A model generated the notes under the pieces. The model ran no database searches and had not been told where the DNA came from. It saw nothing but the letters and a program-made list of their open reading frames with translations. Below, piece after piece: positions 51,901-60,511 of a stretch of DNA of 64,000 nt; the stretch's first letter is position 1; every line of letters begins with the position of its first letter. The stretch is from IMG/VR virus record IMGVR_UViG_3300024239_000017; one strand, written 5' to 3'. The position numbers and the translations under genes are program-made. The stretch comes from a virus.

Positions 51901-52258
51901 CACCATTTATTTCTATATAACCTATTTCAGAATTTCTTACTTTTATTACATTATTATTTTCATCTAATACTTCATTACCATTTTCATCCAGTTTATTATG
52001 CTTATCTTTTTGTGTTAAAAAGAACCATACTTTATTGTTTAAAGAGTCATATTTATTACCTATTACTACATACCCTGGTTTAAATCTAGAACATAGATAA
52101 TTAGAATGTTCATTAGTAAGTGCTATAGATTCATCATCTGTTTCTATATTACCATTTTGCATAAAAGTATAGGACTTCTCATCTATAAGATGTGAGAAAC
52201 CCTGTCTTTCCATTCCATTTATTCCAAATGATATTTGTATATTATCTTTTTTTGCCAT
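45992..52258 (-). CDS. crAss-like tail stabilisation (muzzle) protein, 2088 aa
   Basis: YMRDEVYP.GI, IRHFKFP, IFGGDIFI, W.S.Y...P; size; follows ring and IHF-like genes. Confidence 0.8.
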   Translation of the reverse strand: MAKKDNIQISFGINGMERQGFSHLIDEKSYTFMQNGNIETDDESIALTNEHSNYLCSRFKPGYVVIGNKYDSLNNKVWFFLTQKDKHNKLDENGNEVLDENNNVIKVRNSEIGYIEINGDSPDLEDSTSECNCDIKTVLSEPLENIENIIETCTYTTIISDECNNCLNFDPNYPIHSIELKREACGFTMTFASKNNPPRYIILDNLDYYHYEIDSQCGENEMIPTCLDCDKMRLFPKYITPVLKPTMVNYGGSLKRGNYEFYIAYCDKLGNELTSYIAATNPITNFDFDNLSITGESFNESTNYSIKVKVENLDRKFNFYKVVVIERVSNDNVTAYEEGVHSTTDVNIIYSSNSGKNRISINKLFSEKPVYKNFGGMVASNGILFGYDYEVEKEWNLQPMVNMLGSFVKWQTVEAGEDLYKDGINVANYKGYMRDEVYPLGIRFISNTGYKTSLFPFVGRPSSLDDLSIHDNGYNLDVDSLLTNSATCSNTDRIHKWQFYNTGKVLGNSYSDIIYDNNKVITRKVEEDCLQENVKSVTDLQLEIKIEEDFYSLRDFVETHYDAIRDAEIGDDYYYPELKELLTDDILEECDVTDSIPFEICDSDCGVETCTTPVKISSRLYIGDVINEQADLIEKKYPWEVTTDEKYSHTSTKNKCYVNSKTQKLYADIEIIDETNEPVDVKNTEISHFVDRQNTYENNDCISALGLPTYSNAFALDFTGTINLLKLNSNNQGGNIYTNINNYIQSPNRTQDDYVIDKNNLLTNVTAPAYTGFENKLPKTALWYEINFDNNEKLLVEITPETEASMVKDATSGDNEVRYVIYDDCRTLNILSHGVYNSTDGKFLLLEKSVLGRSKVYLTLDTKLIHLENVTKTFKDAEGDPCIYTINGYVPSTTSSCFDIKIRGVEYYKAIVNASKIYMNKVSTYETFCKFNAPINENCGVVPHKYGMFSYWESTETYPDNNDLYDSSVLKLNINDLSHEDDEILNLFSDYYVEGAGVDGNIIWKDEDGRSKANLVCKPIRHFKFPDNSIIPFMSSESLIDFSNSKIFPIGITIDEKTINVFLDSAVKSNLISKEQRDSIIGYEIYRGDRTVDKSIIMKGILNDMYEDKKNSKNNERTFFRNFPYNSLGKNQFITEDEDRKVLLNHPYSSIKNDRFSLIAPEVYYNRPKSPSELQIDGYMYGKALTSFTKVKNHSEWVLLGSKAYSKADKLAMAEILMEAALNVATLTVESSKNYWFTVGIANTGGNPIGAATSTIATAIYLGIEGINLVTYKLPKLKAQWLEIFEQRGSVNNFASMYVSSKGMYNYFVPNKDKGDMLRGLVTSKYLSNGLEVTFETDNNDSTITVLNNKDREGSIYLFTGEDFPINYPSKYFNYDNTDISVRNSSRYLSSQNGCNDTNLVKKIASPYATLKNYVPDQYGKIDEIKWLALNHNVLFNNESKNIFGGDIFISRVDFKNKVSLFDNNAVGLANRTAFKYSNNSNIGYTRFYVDHKSVDDEIGSSDMPYLSSKYSMDCTTGAKKFYEGEPSKFYLYAYAIPYFLVESEINTNYRYSGKEYHEQFASKGINVEDWVQEENVTIAHNNIFYYNDIFSKNQTGLPYRVLPSYYDKKKWDCLSEAENGVAWSEADNSEVSLSDPWLIFKPFNIYRFPFSYGKLISLDAIESTQVMGRFSNNMTVFNAIDVLRERINQDNEELGTGGIFAQRPMQFSYTELGETGSQHRSMVSCEFGHFWTDAKRGKVFQLESNAKGLNIISDFKKSGGESGMRKWFKKHLPFKILKQGIYNLTEEDVDNHFKGLGILMWWDSKFKRVFITKLDYKILPQHKGKISYSNGEFYYINNEVSNKIELTDKNYFKNVSWTVAYSPIYNNWISYYDFKPNYSVAYNDYFQTGINYSADENEKGIWTHINTNKSYQVFYGKLYPWTIEIPIKNTYTNNVLNDMKVWGISKRYYNDYDYAVWRKKLFNKLTVYNQTNNSGLLHLEYEDSFKKSKYPISISSTEQGIPVTHFDETVNINYFYNRVKKESSHLPLWNWDDNEIYKTLNSEAISFTSKKVLERLRGDWFLARLTQDKHSQFKSYFKWMVSNEESY

Positions 52259-52259
52259 T

Positions 52260-53171
52260 TTATGTAACTATAAATTCAATATTGTTTCTTCCACTATTGT
52301 TGTAAGAATAATTTCCAAAATTAAATACACTGAACTCTTTTTTAATTTTATTTCTATAAACATTTAAAGAATTCATAACTTTTGACATTTTTATTTCACC
52401 TACTGTTTTTGTAAAGAATTGTCTTTCTTCTTCGGCATATAATGTATATAAAAATTGTTCGTTGGTAGTATTATCACTATTATTTAATAAATCTTCTATT
52501 ATTCTTTTTTTAACATATGCTTTGATATATTTCATTAGGTTTCCTTCTGCCGTATCTGGTATCATTATAAAACCATCCTCGTCTTCTTCATAACCATTAT
52601 ATATCATAAATATATTACCTTCCTCAAAATTCGTATAAAGAGTTTTGTTATTTATACTTATTTCATAAGTTGAATCATTCATTCTAAAATTTACACAATT
52701 TTTATCACATTGTGTTCTTTTTACATAAGGTGTTAATTTTAATTTTAAAGGTTGAAGATTATTGTAATAAAAATTAGCTCTTTTACCATTATGTAAATAG
52801 GTTTTTTCAACTATACACGAATCTGTTTCTTGTACATCACAAGGATCGCAAGAATTCCATTCTTGTTTTTTCAATTCCCTTACTTTATAAAAATAAAAAT
52901 CTTGCTCAATATCTTCGGTAGTATCATCAACTGTATATACATGTGGTTCACATTTTATAGCATAATAAATACTTTTAAAACCATCTGGTAATTTAGCTTT
53001 ATTATTTTTAACACGTAATACACTTTCTATTTTGATTGTAGGTAATATATTTAAAGCATTTAATGCTTGTATAGTCCAATCATATACATCCATATCATCT
53101 ATTAGATTTGCTGAATCATATTGTCTGAAGGATCTTTTTATCTCTGCTAAAAAATTACTGAATTTTGTCAT
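52260..53171 (-). CDS. tail ring/tubular protein
   Basis: A.LP..F, NF.EG.I...Y, DEDG..MIPD motifs; synteny. Confidence 0.7.
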   Translation of the reverse strand: MTKFSNFLAEIKRSFRQYDSANLIDDMDVYDWTIQALNALNILPTIKIESVLRVKNNKAKLPDGFKSIYYAIKCEPHVYTVDDTTEDIEQDFYFYKVRELKKQEWNSCDPCDVQETDSCIVEKTYLHNGKRANFYYNNLQPLKLKLTPYVKRTQCDKNCVNFRMNDSTYEISINNKTLYTNFEEGNIFMIYNGYEEDEDGFIMIPDTAEGNLMKYIKAYVKKRIIEDLLNNSDNTTNEQFLYTLYAEEERQFFTKTVGEIKMSKVMNSLNVYRNKIKKEFSVFNFGNYSYNNSGRNNIEFIVT

Positions 53172-53658
53172 TTTTTACATTATTGTTTTTATCTGTTATA
53201 GCTTTATTAGAAGCACCTAAATATATATAGTCTGCTTTACTGACACCGTTCATTAAATTTAAATACCTGTATCCGTTCTTTATATTATTATCAATTCCTT
53301 CCATAATCTTTGTACTAAATTTAAAGTCCATAGACCAGTATTTAAATATGCTATTTTCTGTTGGTATAAATGTAGGCATGTATCTTTTCAAATGTTTTCC
53401 TCTTAATGTAGTTCTAAATGTAAAAGGGTGTCGGTATACAAAAAAATAACCTATTCTATTTATTAATACCCCAGACCTACTTTTTATAATATTGTCCCCT
53501 ACTTTTTTTAAAAACAATCTTATTATCCTATCATTATCATAATGATGAAGTCTATTTTTAGTATTATCTTTTGTGCGTTTTCTGTAGTAATTTCTAAAAT
53601 CTTTATCTAGAACCTTTAAGGTTGATGGTGTCAAACAATTTACCGTACTTTGTCTCAT
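53155..53658 (-). CDS. IHF/HU-like basic protein
   Basis: I...F...I.....G..I..IG.F pattern; crAss-like synteny between ring genes. Confidence 0.5.
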   Translation of the reverse strand: MRQSTVNCLTPSTLKVLDKDFRNYYRKRTKDNTKNRLHHYDNDRIIRLFLKKVGDNIIKSRSGVLINRIGYFFVYRHPFTFRTTLRGKHLKRYMPTFIPTENSIFKYWSMDFKFSTKIMEGIDNNIKNGYRYLNLMNGVSKADYIYLGASNKAITDKNNNVKNDKIQ

Positions 53659-54350
53659 TAATTAGGGTTTGGATTTTTTTCGTTAGAATTTCCAGAAGGA
53701 AGTTCATCTTTTGGTATTTGCATTCTCAATGATATTTCTTTTATAGCTTCCTGTATTACAGCCTCTCCTATTTTATTAGGTAGATTAAATTCAGCATCAT
53801 AATAATTATTACAATTATCACATTCTTCGCAATATCCCATATTTATTATACTTTCGTCTAGTGTGTATAATAAAACATTTATTCTTTTCACTGTGCTATC
53901 AGGGATTATAATTCTATTGTCTGGATAAATAATTGCATATTTACCTTTGAATTTTTCAAAATTACTTCTGTTTTTAATATTCATAAACTCTAATGGAGAT
54001 ATTAATTGGTATTTTTTACTGTTTGTAATATTAGTTACCATTAATATTGAAGATCCATATCTAGACCATATTAACTCTGGTAATTTAACTTTAGTAACCA
54101 TTACAGTTCCACAGTCTTCTAATTCTACTAATCCACACATATATGTGTCCATCTCCTTCATTTCTACGCAGTTTACCCATGAGAATATATTCATTTCTCT
54201 AAAAAGAGATTTATCATTAAATTTTTGGGAAACTAGAAACTCTGCTTTAGATTTCAATACAGCCAATACATATCTTTTAGGGATATACATGTCTTTATTA
54301 ATAGCATTTAGTGTGTTTTGTACTCTACTTATTACTTCGTTGTAAGTCAT
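53658..54350 (-). CDS. tail ring protein
   Basis: CVEM...D..C, C..Y.AEF..P motifs; synteny. Confidence 0.6.
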   Translation of the reverse strand: MTYNEVISRVQNTLNAINKDMYIPKRYVLAVLKSKAEFLVSQKFNDKSLFREMNIFSWVNCVEMKEMDTYMCGLVELEDCGTVMVTKVKLPELIWSRYGSSILMVTNITNSKKYQLISPLEFMNIKNRSNFEKFKGKYAIIYPDNRIIIPDSTVKRINVLLYTLDESIINMGYCEECDNCNNYYDAEFNLPNKIGEAVIQEAIKEISLRMQIPKDELPSGNSNEKNPNPN

Positions 54351-54369
54351 TTTAATATAAATTATATTA

Positions 54370-54401
54370 CAAAATTATTAAAAAATTTTTAAATAACCAA
54401 A
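54370..54401 (-). promoter_or_regulatory. Bacteroidota-type promoter
   Basis: TTTG-N20-TAATTTTG. Confidence 0.7.
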
Positions 54402-54419
54402 TTGGTTGATTTACAAATT

Positions 54420-54447
54420 AAAAAAGGCTGGATAAAATACCCAGCCT
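54420..54447 (-). terminator. intrinsic terminator after endolysin
   Basis: AGGCTGG/CCAGCCT stem plus T-run. Confidence 0.8.
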
Positions 54448-54474
54448 AGAAAAGAAAACAAAGAAAACAAAGAA

Positions 54475-55020
54475 TTAGTATTTAAAATCATATATTGATT
54501 TACTTCTATTAAACCATCCTTTTAAAAACTTCTTCAATGTAGTTTTTGACTCTGACAGTCTATTATAAAAAGATTCTCTCTTTGATTTTAAACATTCCTC
54601 TTTAATATTTTTCATTTTAGATAATGTGACCATTCCAATTACACCATCATCTTTTACTCCAGCACATTGCTGCATTATTTTTATAGCTCTTGAAGTTCCC
54701 ATATTATAAGCCATATCAAAATAATATAACTTTGTTTCATATGGCATTGCGTCTGCTCTGATAGCAAGGTAGAATTTAACGAAAGCTATATAACTAGCTT
54801 CTTCTCTTGTTGTATCTTTAAAATCATCAAAGTTTTTAAATAATGACTTCCAATAGTTAAATGCTATACCCCAAACAGTCCATCCTCCGCTGTCTCCTGC
54901 AACATTGTGAAGTTTTCCCCCACCTTCCCATTGCATTACTATAGGAAATATTTTATCTCTGAACAATGCAAATTCTTCAGGATATTTCACTGCTATATTT
55001 TTATAAAATTCTAAGTTCAT
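54475..55020 (-). CDS. endolysin, glycoside hydrolase family 108
   Basis: WEGG, GDSGGWTVWGI, FDMAYNMG, DG.IG..T, F.KGW.NR. Confidence 0.85.
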   Translation of the reverse strand: MNLEFYKNIAVKYPEEFALFRDKIFPIVMQWEGGGKLHNVAGDSGGWTVWGIAFNYWKSLFKNFDDFKDTTREEASYIAFVKFYLAIRADAMPYETKLYYFDMAYNMGTSRAIKIMQQCAGVKDDGVIGMVTLSKMKNIKEECLKSKRESFYNRLSESKTTLKKFLKGWFNRSKSIYDFKY

Positions 55021-55021
55021 T

Positions 55022-55321
55022 TTATTTTTTATTAAAGTTATTTAATATTTTAGATATACTTCTCCTAGTTCTTATTATCATGTTAAATGTAAATCCAAAT
55101 AAAAAATTTGTAGTTATCCATTGAACTTGTTTTACACTACTAGGTCTTTCTTTCAGAAAAACAAACTCGAATATAGAATATATAATTACAAATGATGTAA
55201 ATAACATTCCTAGAAATTCTGGTCTAGATATACTATTTCTATATCTTATCAGACAGTATATAGTATACATCCAGTAAAAAGTTATAAAAAAGTCAGATAA
55301 AATATAGATTAAGTTTTCCAT
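55022..55321 (-). CDS. membrane protein (3 TM), holin candidate
   Basis: three hydrophobic segments, adjacent to endolysin. Confidence 0.55.
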   Translation of the reverse strand: MENLIYILSDFFITFYWMYTIYCLIRYRNSISRPEFLGMLFTSFVIIYSIFEFVFLKERPSSVKQVQWITTNFLFGFTFNMIIRTRRSISKILNNFNKK

Positions 55322-55322
55322 T

Positions 55323-55727
55323 TTATTTCTTAAGTTCGTTTGTTAAATATCTCATTTGAACTTCGTAGTCTTTTATTTTAAGCTCGTAGTTTTTTATTTT
55401 TCTATCCTGTTCTTCTACTCTTTTTTTAAGAGATTTTATAACTTCGTTATCCTTTTCAGTTTGTTTCTCCAAAGCTTCTATTTTTTCAAGTAGTCTTCCT
55501 CTTTCTTCGATGGCGATCCTCTCTCTTGCCTCCATCTCTTTTATTTTAGTTGTAAAATTATTATATTGTTTATCTATATCATCGGTCATCTTATTGTAGA
55601 CATCTTGTATTTTTGAAAGAATATCTGCTCTATCCCTTTTTCTTGTTGATACCCATGTTATTATTATACCTAAAAAAGTGGCAATAGTCTTCCAATTTTC
55701 AAAAATAAAATTAATTACTTTGTCCAT
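55323..55727 (-). CDS. TM plus coiled-coil protein (lysis cassette)
   Basis: N-terminal TM, long coiled coil. Confidence 0.55.
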   Translation of the reverse strand: MDKVINFIFENWKTIATFLGIIITWVSTRKRDRADILSKIQDVYNKMTDDIDKQYNNFTTKIKEMEARERIAIEERGRLLEKIEALEKQTEKDNEVIKSLKKRVEEQDRKIKNYELKIKDYEVQMRYLTNELKK

Positions 55728-55914
55728 TTTTATTATTTATATTGGCAAAATCAGTAGACATTCTACCTAATATTGCTATTGTTACTGGTATAACCCACTC
55801 ATATGGTTCTACTCCTGGTTTGAAATACATTTGAAAACTTGTCAAACCTGCTATCAAATACCCTATCAATGAGGATATTGGATATTTTCCTAAAAATATA
55901 TTTTTAAATTTCAT
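55711..55914 (-). CDS. small 2-TM holin-like protein
   Basis: two hydrophobic segments. Confidence 0.5.
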   Translation of the reverse strand: MKFKNIFLGKYPISSLIGYLIAGLTSFQMYFKPGVEPYEWVIPVTIAILGRMSTDFANINNKNGQSN

Positions 55915-55941
55915 AATTTTTAATTATTTTAAATAAATAAT

Positions 55942-57297
55942 TTACACTATTCCTAAAATTGATTTAATGGTAGAAAGTTCTGCTGGTGAAGCACTATTTA
56001 ACATTGTAATTAACATCTGTGCATTTACATTTATTGTTACTGCTTCTCCTGTTATTGAATCTAAAGTTACAAGTTCGTCTGTAGCACTTGGAGTCATTTT
56101 AATAGATAATTGTGTATCTATAATTTCTCCTAAATTTATTTCATTTAAAACGTCTTGTTTTGTTCCTGCTACGTTGTCTACATATTGTCTTTGTGCATAT
56201 ATTAATTTATCTTCAGGTAGTGTGTCTGAATAATCATATCTGCCTCTTAATCCAATTGATTTTTGTTCTCCATTCCCATCACCTCTATCATGAATAGTAT
56301 AAATATCTACATAAGCAAAAGTTAAGCCGCTTACATTATCATAAAAATAAGAAGGACGTATTATAGATTGGATTAAATTACAATTAGTTTTTGATTGGTC
56401 GGCATTTATATATGTAATTTGAAGGTCATCTTCTCCACCGCTAAATGTTGAATATATAATATCTTCTCTGTTATAACCTGTGTATGCGCCAACATCGGTA
56501 ATTAATGCGCCAGTTATAGGATTTCCTTCTTCTGTTCCTGTTAATGGAATAAAATCATTTTTACTATAATCTGCCAACAATTGACTATTTTCAAGTACAT
56601 AATTTGCCAACCCAAAATCAGATACAGGACAACTTATTAATTTATAAAATATTCCATCTTTAAAATATAATTCGAATGAATTATTCAAATAAGTCTCACA
56701 ATCAGGAATTTGATTTAGAAAATAATTAATATCTTCAATTATAGGAATAGATAATTCTGTAAAAGTTGATGGAAATTCTGCAGCAGGTATATTCGTAGGA
56801 CAATCTATAATTAAATATGAAGAATAACCTCTTTTTATTAAATCTTGTGATGGTTTCAATAGAACATTATCACCTATCCCTATATTAATATCTGGTGCCA
56901 CCCAATATCTATATTCATTTACATTATATTCACTAAAAGTTGCTTCTATATATGGAGGCACTTCATATTCTTCCCATGAATTAAAATTTTTATTTTCATT
57001 TATAAGACTTTTATATATACCTGATACATATGTTAAGTTTTTTTCATAATCATCGCTATTATAATAAAATAAATCTTCTTCATTATATACATTATCTGGA
57101 TTATAATCAGGTATTGTTGTATTAGAATTTCCCTCTGTTGAATCTCCCAATGACCATTTTTTAGTAACAGGATCTACAAATATTATTTTACTATAGTTTT
57201 CATTATAATCACTATATTTCGCATTAGTGTTGTCTATATTAAGTTTTCTACAAAGTAACATTTGTAGTTCTCTCAACATTCTTTTAATCTCGTTCAT
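55942..57297 (-). CDS. tail fibre-like protein, 451 aa
   Basis: shares IPLTGTEEG.PI and C-terminal module with 18486..21497. Confidence 0.6.
   Translation of the reverse strand: MNEIKRMLRELQMLLCRKLNIDNTNAKYSDYNENYSKIIFVDPVTKKWSLGDSTEGNSNTTIPDYNPDNVYNEEDLFYYNSDDYEKNLTYVSGIYKSLINENKNFNSWEEYEVPPYIEATFSEYNVNEYRYWVAPDINIGIGDNVLLKPSQDLIKRGYSSYLIIDCPTNIPAAEFPSTFTELSIPIIEDINYFLNQIPDCETYLNNSFELYFKDGIFYKLISCPVSDFGLANYVLENSQLLADYSKNDFIPLTGTEEGNPITGALITDVGAYTGYNREDIIYSTFSGGEDDLQITYINADQSKTNCNLIQSIIRPSYFYDNVSGLTFAYVDIYTIHDRGDGNGEQKSIGLRGRYDYSDTLPEDKLIYAQRQYVDNVAGTKQDVLNEINLGEIIDTQLSIKMTPSATDELVTLDSITGEAVTINVNAQMLITMLNSASPAELSTIKSILGIV
56086..56210. repeat. dispersed direct repeat, copy 2
   Basis: matches 18846-18970 with scattered substitutions. 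Confidence 0.85.
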
Positions 57298-57314
57298 ATT
57301 ATTTTATTATTAAA

Positions 57315-57569
57315 TTATTCTGTAATACATTCTATAGGATTCATTCCTGTATGACTTACAATAGAGGAAGCTATAATTTGAATTACACCATCGTCTATAC
57401 AATAACCACCTTCTGTATATTCTACACCATACTCATCTATATAAGTAACACTACCACATACTCCAGGACAATTATGTGTTGAATCTTCACAATCCCAATG
57501 TGCTTGAAAACAATATGTTTGAGTTGGTAAAGTAGGTTTAACTGCGTTATTTATTGTTAATATTGACAT
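57315..57569 (-). CDS. small Cys-rich virion protein
   Basis: MSILTINNA N-terminus shared with neighbour. Confidence 0.6.
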   Translation of the reverse strand: MSILTINNAVKPTLPTQTYCFQAHWDCEDSTHNCPGVCGSVTYIDEYGVEYTEGGYCIDDGVIQIIASSIVSHTGMNPIECITE

Positions 57570-57572
57570 ATA

Positions 57573-57995
57573 TTATAAACTATTAATATTTATTAAAATT
57601 GTTTTTAGTAATACTGGATTACCGTTATTATCATTCTGATCTATAGCGTCTCTATAAATATTCATATTATATGAAACGTCTACTGCGTTATTACCAGCGT
57701 CTGTAGTATCCTTTTCGGTTTTTAAAGTAAGCGTATCATTACTATTAAAAGAATATGTTGTATTATTAACATTTTCGTATTGCTCGCCATTTTTTGATAA
57801 CCGTAAATCTAAACCATTTACGCTTACAAGATCAAAAGTTAAGAACATATCACCATTGTAATTAATATAATCATTTATGGGTAATGTTGTTTCAAGACTG
57901 CATGTTTCCACCTCTCCGTTTCCAATACACATCATAGAATAGTTTAATATACTTGGTGCCTCTTTTTCTGCATTAGTTATTGTTAATATTGACAT
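57573..57995 (-). CDS. small virion protein
   Basis: MSILTITNA N-terminus. Confidence 0.6.
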   Translation of the reverse strand: MSILTITNAEKEAPSILNYSMMCIGNGEVETCSLETTLPINDYINYNGDMFLTFDLVSVNGLDLRLSKNGEQYENVNNTTYSFNSNDTLTLKTEKDTTDAGNNAVDVSYNMNIYRDAIDQNDNNGNPVLLKTILININSL

Positions 57996-58008
57996 TATTA
58001 AATATTTT

Positions 58009-58035
58009 TAAAGCAGGTGATATTTCACACCTGCT
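58009..58035 (-). terminator. terminator-like hairpin
   Basis: AGCAGGTG/CACCTGCT stem with short T-run. Confidence 0.6.
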
Positions 58036-58042
58036 ATTATTT

Positions 58043-59608
58043 TTATGAACTCCAAACACCGTTAGCTTTTACATTATACTGTACTTGATAACTATACAGC
58101 GCATCTTGATCTGGTGCTTTATAATATAAAACAAAAGTTATAGGTAGTTCTGTTCCAGATACGTAGTTATTAGTATAACCAGAATCTGTATATAATCTAC
58201 TAGTATCTCCTATAAATCTAACATTCGTTATTGGATCTCCATCTGGGTCAGAATATATAAGATCTAAACTAGATAATGTTTTATTTTCTCTATTTGCAAG
58301 AGGTAAATTTACATCCTGTGTTATAGGTTCTGAATCAGGTACTGTTACATTTAAAGTATAAGTTGCTGTTGTACCATTAACATTTATAGTATACACTAAT
58401 GTTAATAAAGACCCTCTATAAGATCCGTTGTAATAAACAGGGACGTCTACCGTTGTATTTCCTGGTATTGTTGTAGTATTAACTGATGCTACAAAATTAC
58501 TTCCGCTTGAAGTTTCAGTAAATATATTCTGAGCATTTAATACAAAATCAGTATTACAATTATTTACAATTTTTATTACTTTAGAAGTTTGTCCTGTGTA
58601 ATTATAGTCTTTTATAATTGTATCGGTATAATTTATCCCGCTTCCTAATGCTATACAATCTATATACGTATCATCTTTCTGTGCAACATTAAATACTATA
58701 TATCTAGCTATAGTTTCCTCATTATTATCATTTATTATTGAGAAAGATACTTGTTGAGTATATGAGCTATCTATATTATTACCTGTAAATGTTATCAATG
58801 AAATATCTGTAACAGGTATCAACATTTCCGTAGAAATAGGAGAACCATTGTAACTTATTCCTGTATAATCTCCTCCTTTTATTTTAATGTTTGTAGGAAG
58901 ATGTCCTAAACCATCTGAATATACGTCAGTAAAATTACTTTGTATTAAATTAAGTGAAGATCTATTATTTACATTATAATACACATTTGAAGAAAGTATT
59001 GGTGTATGAGTATCATCACAATTACAATCTATAGTACATGTTTGTATTATATTACATACGTCTATTTTACTAGAAGTCATTAAATTAGTAATATAGTCTG
59101 CAAAAAAGTCTTGAAATTCTAATGTTGAAAACATTGTTTTTATATACTGCTCAAAAAATACTTTCCATATATTAGTATTAAAAATATCTTTATTATAGTT
59201 TACAAAAAAATCCTTAAATGTTTGATTTTCAAATAATATAATTATATTATCCAATAACCATTCTGTATCAACGCTAAATTCTATATAATCGCCTTTATTT
59301 TCTATTACTATTCCCTCTATACCTGATAATGTTTTGAATTCATGTATGAAAGAGGTTGATAGGCTTTTATATACACCTATTTTATTCCCTATATTTGCTA
59401 TATGAGTTTCTGGTACTTCCAGGTTTTCTAAAACATTTTTTATATAATCGTTTATGATTTTTAATATTGAATTACCATTAGCTCCAGAGTTTATATTTAA
59501 TGGATCTAATTTATCACCAGTGTAATAAACACATTCTAGGTCTACCTGATTTTCGCAACCAACTATCACAGGTTTATTACATCCACAATATTTATCTAAT
59601 TCATCCAT
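58043..59608 (-). CDS. structural protein with Ig-like repeats (fibre/hub)
   Basis: CV.YTG..L N-terminus; repeated YSDPDGDP-type beta modules. Confidence 0.6.
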   Translation of the reverse strand: MDELDKYCGCNKPVIVGCENQVDLECVYYTGDKLDPLNINSGANGNSILKIINDYIKNVLENLEVPETHIANIGNKIGVYKSLSTSFIHEFKTLSGIEGIVIENKGDYIEFSVDTEWLLDNIIILFENQTFKDFFVNYNKDIFNTNIWKVFFEQYIKTMFSTLEFQDFFADYITNLMTSSKIDVCNIIQTCTIDCNCDDTHTPILSSNVYYNVNNRSSLNLIQSNFTDVYSDGLGHLPTNIKIKGGDYTGISYNGSPISTEMLIPVTDISLITFTGNNIDSSYTQQVSFSIINDNNEETIARYIVFNVAQKDDTYIDCIALGSGINYTDTIIKDYNYTGQTSKVIKIVNNCNTDFVLNAQNIFTETSSGSNFVASVNTTTIPGNTTVDVPVYYNGSYRGSLLTLVYTINVNGTTATYTLNVTVPDSEPITQDVNLPLANRENKTLSSLDLIYSDPDGDPITNVRFIGDTSRLYTDSGYTNNYVSGTELPITFVLYYKAPDQDALYSYQVQYNVKANGVWSS

Positions 59609-59618
59609 TTTAGTTATA

Positions 59619-59861
59619 TTAATTATTATTTATAATTTCTTTTAAAGAAAGTATCTCGTTTTCTAATGCACTTATTTTATTATCCATCTGTGCAATTTTA
59701 TTATTTAACTTTGTTAAAAGTAAATTAAGATTTTCTCCCTCTAGATTACCTATTTTATTATATATATCGTCTACTATTATACATGTCGAATAATAATAAG
59801 CGTCGCATTTCATTTCACTATTGTCTACTGTAGGGATATTTATTTGTGTACATTTATCCAT
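59619..59861 (-). CDS. small Cys/coiled-coil structural protein
   Basis: operon position. Confidence 0.55.
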   Translation of the reverse strand: MDKCTQINIPTVDNSEMKCDAYYYSTCIIVDDIYNKIGNLEGENLNLLLTKLNNKIAQMDNKISALENEILSLKEIINNN

Positions 59862-59865
59862 ATTC

Positions 59866-60288
59866 CTATGTGTTTATTTTTAATTTATCTATTTCGTCTA
59901 TTAAAGTTTGGAAAAAAGTCTTTAAATTAGCAATGTCATTACCGCAAGGATCTGTAAGACTTTTAAAATCCAAGTTCATTTCTTGAAAAACATTTACAGA
60001 TAGTTTATCTTTAATGTCGCATATCTCAGATTCAAACGCATATAATACCTCTTTTGTTTTTAATTTAGGAGACTGTTGCTGGTATTCTATACAATCATTA
60101 CCAAGTTCAGATAAATCTAAAGAATCAAGTATTTCTTCCTGATTTCTATATAATTCTTCTGTTGTTTCTTCTATTGAGACACAATCTGGATCTAGTTCTG
60201 AGTATGAGGGTAAATATCCGATATATTTTGTACAAATTGCAGATACAATAGTACCTGCGCATCTATTCTTTTTATTATTACAACACAT
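59866..60288 (-). CDS. Cys-rich structural protein
   Basis: operon position. Confidence 0.55.
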   Translation of the reverse strand: MCCNNKKNRCAGTIVSAICTKYIGYLPSYSELDPDCVSIEETTEELYRNQEEILDSLDLSELGNDCIEYQQQSPKLKTKEVLYAFESEICDIKDKLSVNVFQEMNLDFKSLTDPCGNDIANLKTFFQTLIDEIDKLKINT

Positions 60289-60511
60289 TTGTTAAAATTT
60301 TGTTTATTATTAATAATATTTTGTCTTTGTCTGTGCTTCTACATAAAATATTATCTAATTCTATAAGGAGTCTTATATTATCATAGTCTACACATTTATT
60401 TATATCATAGTCTACTATATTGTTGAATATAATTCCTTCTTTTATTAAAAAATCATCTAGTTTATTTTTTGTAATAGACACATTATACTCTACTATACTT
60501 TGTGCGGACAT
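60278..60511 (-). CDS. hypothetical protein (77 aa)
   Basis: overlapping operon ORF. Confidence 0.55.
   Translation of the reverse strand: MSAQSIVEYNVSITKNKLDDFLIKEGIIFNNIVDYDINKCVDYDNIRLLIELDNILCRSTDKDKILLIINKILTNVL

Noticed and set aside
54449-54474. AAAGAAAAC tandem duplication
   Set aside because: Only about two low-complexity copies in a 3' UTR.
18846-56210. Repeat pair as DGR template/variable repeats
   Set aside because: Mismatches are not confined to adenines of one copy, both copies are coding, and no reverse transcriptase is in the window.
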